Positions 61,164-64,000 of a stretch of 64,000 nt of DNA are shown here, one piece after another. The translations under genes were made by a program, and so were the position numbers. The stretch comes from Eledone cirrhosa (Eukaryota). Under the pieces are notes generated by a model. That model had not been told where the DNA came from. It was given only the letters and a program-made list of their open reading frames with translations, and searched no databases. How positions within the stretch are numbered: the first letter of the stretch is position 1; each line of letters begins with the position of its first letter. The DNA lies in contig OZ024741.1 of the NCBI GenBank assembly GCA_964016885.1, positions 137,020,001 through 137,084,000 of the forward strand, written 5' to 3'.

Positions 61164-61562
61164 TCACTTAAACAACAATCTCCCCAGTGTTGGTGTCACG
61201 ATAAAATACACAAAGTACACATTCTGGATATGAGATCTAAGTGAGTGAGATGTACTAAACATGGCATCCGTGGAAGAAGGCATCCTCCCTTTCCCAATAG
61301 GGTAGTTAGGGCTCTTCTGTTGAGTCAGTGACTGACAATCTCCTTAGTGCTCATGTCTCAATAAAATACATCCATTTCAGTTTGTAAAGTAGTAGTGCTG
61401 GTGTCTCAATAAAATACACACAGTCCACTCTGTAAAGTGGTAATGCTGGTGTCGCTATAAAATGTACCCAGTCCATGCTGTTTCTTGCGGATTTAATGCC
61501 ACTGTGGTGTACAATATTGTTATTCTTTTTCTTTATAAGAAAATGCTCTCTGTTTATTACAG

Positions 61563-61658
61563 GTTCTGCAGAAGTTGGTCTTGAGTATTTGTTAAATCTA
61601 ACTAAAGTGGAACGTTTCCAAACAATCGCTATGTTTCTTTCATCCAAGGAAAAATCTG
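61563..61658 (+). CDS. SPAG1: SPAG1 coding exon 21 (GSAEVGLEYLLNLTKVERFQTIAMFLSSKEKS)
   Basis: ttacag acceptor, gtaaga donor; L..L.K..RF...MFLS..EK motif. Confidence 0.93.
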
Positions 61659-61714
61659 GTAAGAATAAAAGAAAGATTATGATTTTTTTTCTTTAATATT
61701 TTATTACTACTAAA

Positions 61715-62140
61715 AAACACCCAGTCTACCCTGTAAGGTGGTTGTGTTGGTGACAACTAAAAAGTTCACCCTGTAAGGTGGTTGCTGATGCCATAACAAA
61801 AAAAGCACCTAGTCATACCTGGTTATGCAATTGCCATGACAAAATCTCACCCAGTACACTCTGTAAGGTGGTCGTACTTCTAACATGACAAAAAGCACAC
61901 AGTTCATTCTGTAAGGTGGTCGTATTGGTGCTACGACAAAATGTACCCAGTCCACCCTGCAAGGTGGAAGTGCAGGTCCCATGAAAAAAGCTCTCAGTAC
62001 ACACTATAAAGTGGTTGGTATTAAGAAGGGCATCCAGCCATAGAAGACCAAGCCCAAAACAGATTGTGTGAGCAAATCGTGGTCATTTGATCTGTCTATT
62101 ATTATAATGTGACAGCCTGTCTAACTCATGGAAAACAGAC
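61715..62140 (+). repeat. Array of ~6 module units ending in the AAGAAGGGCATCCAGCC hairpin and RTE-type tail
   Basis: Repeated CACCCAGT.CAC.CTGTAAGGTGG. Confidence 0.75.
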
Positions 62141-62145
62141 ATTAA

Positions 62146-62352
62146 CCCTTTAGCATTTACATTACTCTATATTTGCTGTTGTATTTTCACGGTAAACACT
62201 TTATTTCACATAATATTGAATCTACGAGATTTTGATATTATTTATTTTGAGAACAATACGTTTAATACATATGAGCAGTTGGTTATAACCTGTTTGAATA
62301 GAAAGAGGTGAGAGAATTCTGGTTGGATATGGCTGGTATAAATGTTAAAGGG
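62146..62352 (+). mobile_element. TTAA-flanked MITE (piggyBac-like)
   Basis: TTAA|CCCTTTAGCATTTA...TAAATGTTAAAGGG|TTAA. Confidence 0.85.
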
Positions 62353-62985
62353 TTAAATAGAGATGATGATGATGACCAAATTATTGTGTGGACTAATTGG
62401 CCGTTGATTTGCTGAATTATTATAGTGGTGGACAAAATGCTTTGTGAAATCTTTTTCAGGCTCTTTACATTCGGAGTTCAAATTCCACGAAGGTTAACTT
62501 TGCCTTTCATTCTTCTAGAGTTGATAAAATAAAGTACCAGTTAAGCATTGGGGCACTTTAATCAACAACCCTCACCACACCACACCCACCCCAAACAAAA
62601 AAAAAATTACTGGCCTTGTGCCTAAATTAGAAACAATTATTGTGTGGGCTGTAGATGATGGGGAGCTGGCAGAGGCACTATGGCATTTGATAGAATATCT
62701 TGAGATATTTGTGCTGGCTACATGTATTCTGAGTTCAAGTCCTGCTAAAGTTGACTCTTTCGTCCTGGGGCGGGGAGGGAATAAAATAAAGTATCAGTTT
62801 ATGATGGTGGATTCGAGGAATTGTAAGAAGCGTCACATGAAATACCTTGTGGTATTTGTTCTAAGTGCTTTGGCATGTGTGGTGAGCTTTTTCATACGTA
62901 GACGACAAGTTGAGTTGTACTTGTACTTCAAAAGGTTGGTCTTGCTACACTGTACCATGCTGAATCTCCCTGGCAACTACAGTGA

Positions 62986-63203
62986 CTCTTTAGCATTTAA
63001 ACCGGTCGTATCCAGCTAGAATTCTCTCACTTTTTCTGTTCAAATTGGCTGTAACTGGCTGCTCATACTGTTAAGGTAATTGTTCTCAAAATGAGTAATA
63101 TCAAAATCTCATAGATTCGATATTATGTGAGATAATTATGTAAAATAAAGTGTTAACTATGAAAATACAATAATAAATATAGAGTAGTGTAAATGTTAAA
63201 GGG
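62986..63203 (-). mobile_element. Second copy of the TTAA MITE, inverted
   Basis: CTCTTTAGCATTTA...TAAATGTTAAAGGG|TTAA; interior is the reverse complement of 62146..62352. Confidence 0.8.
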
Positions 63204-63254
63204 TTAAGGTTACATGTGTTGTTGGCATACTCAGCCACTTGCAAATTACTTTAA

Positions 63255-63447
63255 CTCTTTAGCATTTACATTACTCTATATTTACTATTGTATTTTCATG
63301 GTAATGACTTTACCTCACATAATATAGAATCTACGAGATTTTGATATTATTTATTTTGAGAACAATACCTTAACATAAGTATGAGCAGCCGGTTACAGCC
63401 AGTTTTAACAGAAAGAGGTAAGAGAATTCTAGCCAGTTTAAATGCTA
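63255..63447 (+). mobile_element. Third copy of the TTAA MITE
   Basis: TTAA|CTCTTTAGCATTTACATTACTCTATATTT...; collinear with 62146..62352. Confidence 0.8.
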
Positions 63448-63605
63448 TCGACTGGAGCACTTGTCACAAGAAATGATGGAGGTCCAATGTGGTATACACT
63501 TGTCTCAAATATATTATCTTGTGTAGAAAAACTTTATTTTATTTTCAGTTTCCAGAGAACTAATATTCTTTTTTTTGATTATTTTTCTTTTAATTTTATT
63601 TCTAG

Positions 63606-63700
63606 ATCTTTTGTCCCTGATCAATACCTTATCAACAAACCAATCAAAGTATGATGAAACAGAGATCTTAGCTTTGAGGCAGGACTATGGTTTAAAGTAG
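63606..63700 (+). CDS. SPAG1: SPAG1 final coding exon 22 (DLLSLINTLSTNQSKYDETEILALRQDYGLK*)
   Basis: long pyrimidine tract plus tctag acceptor, phase 1, TAG stop at 63698-63700; C-terminal I.AL...Y.L motif. Confidence 0.9.
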
Positions 63701-64000
63701 TAGATATTGCTGTTTGTATCCCATTGGGCTTCAGGCGTTTCTTCCCTAAATGGTTTCTTATTCCCACCTTCCCCTCATGCCTCTCTCCTTTTTTCTCCTT
63801 CCTTCCTTTCACCCTCTCTTTGCCTATTCACCTTGCCCTTATCTTTCTTTCCTATCTCACTAATGTTTATTTAGTGTGATCTCTCTCTCTTTTTCTTTCT
63901 ATATATATATAAATATATATATCTTATATTGTATACATTTTATATATATATATATGAAATAAATGTTAAGACAAGTTACATAATCATATTTATTAGTTAT

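Larger units (their letters stand above)
3872..63700 (+). other. SPAG1: SPAG1-like gene span (22 coding exons, ~1094 aa; N-terminal SPAG1 motif, three TPR clusters, RPAP3-like C-terminal domain)
   Basis: 22 exons joined at canonical GT-AG sites with matching phases give one open frame of 3285 nt. The translation recalls vertebrate SPAG1 throughout: IPLDHLDFGYIKKC..LRSGEEGNY, PRDIKEWDKFDVD, REKDKGNEAFRSGDY, TPYEFLKAW, VISNKLD, VERF, ILALRQDYGLK*. Confidence 0.95.

Overview
This is eukaryotic, AT-rich, repeat-dense animal DNA. The repeat types and a degraded C2H2 zinc finger suggest an octopus or other coleoid cephalopod, which is inference only. The window holds one complete multi-exon protein-coding gene on the + strand. 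It is a SPAG1 orthologue (TPR repeats plus RPAP3-like C-terminal domain; dynein-arm assembly co-chaperone). I assembled it by hand from 22 GT-AG coding exons with consistent phases (3872..63700; 3285 nt, 1094 aa). The introns contain at least three families of RTE-clade LINEs: one copy with an uninterrupted 1038-aa ORF, one near-intact copy and several truncated or decayed copies. They also contain two tRNA-headed SINE families, an IR/DR-type Tc1 element (DD34E), TTAA-flanked MITEs, a 116-bp-arm palindrome, and mini- and microsatellites. Two observations stand out. (1) A C4HC3 PHD-type finger is embedded in the RT region of all three RTE families. (2) A ~48-nt stem-loop module sits in the 5' UTR of one LINE family, the 3' UTR of the other two and the body of a chimeric SINE, and is also amplified into free tandem arrays. 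Most short ORFs in the supplied track are artefacts of repeats.
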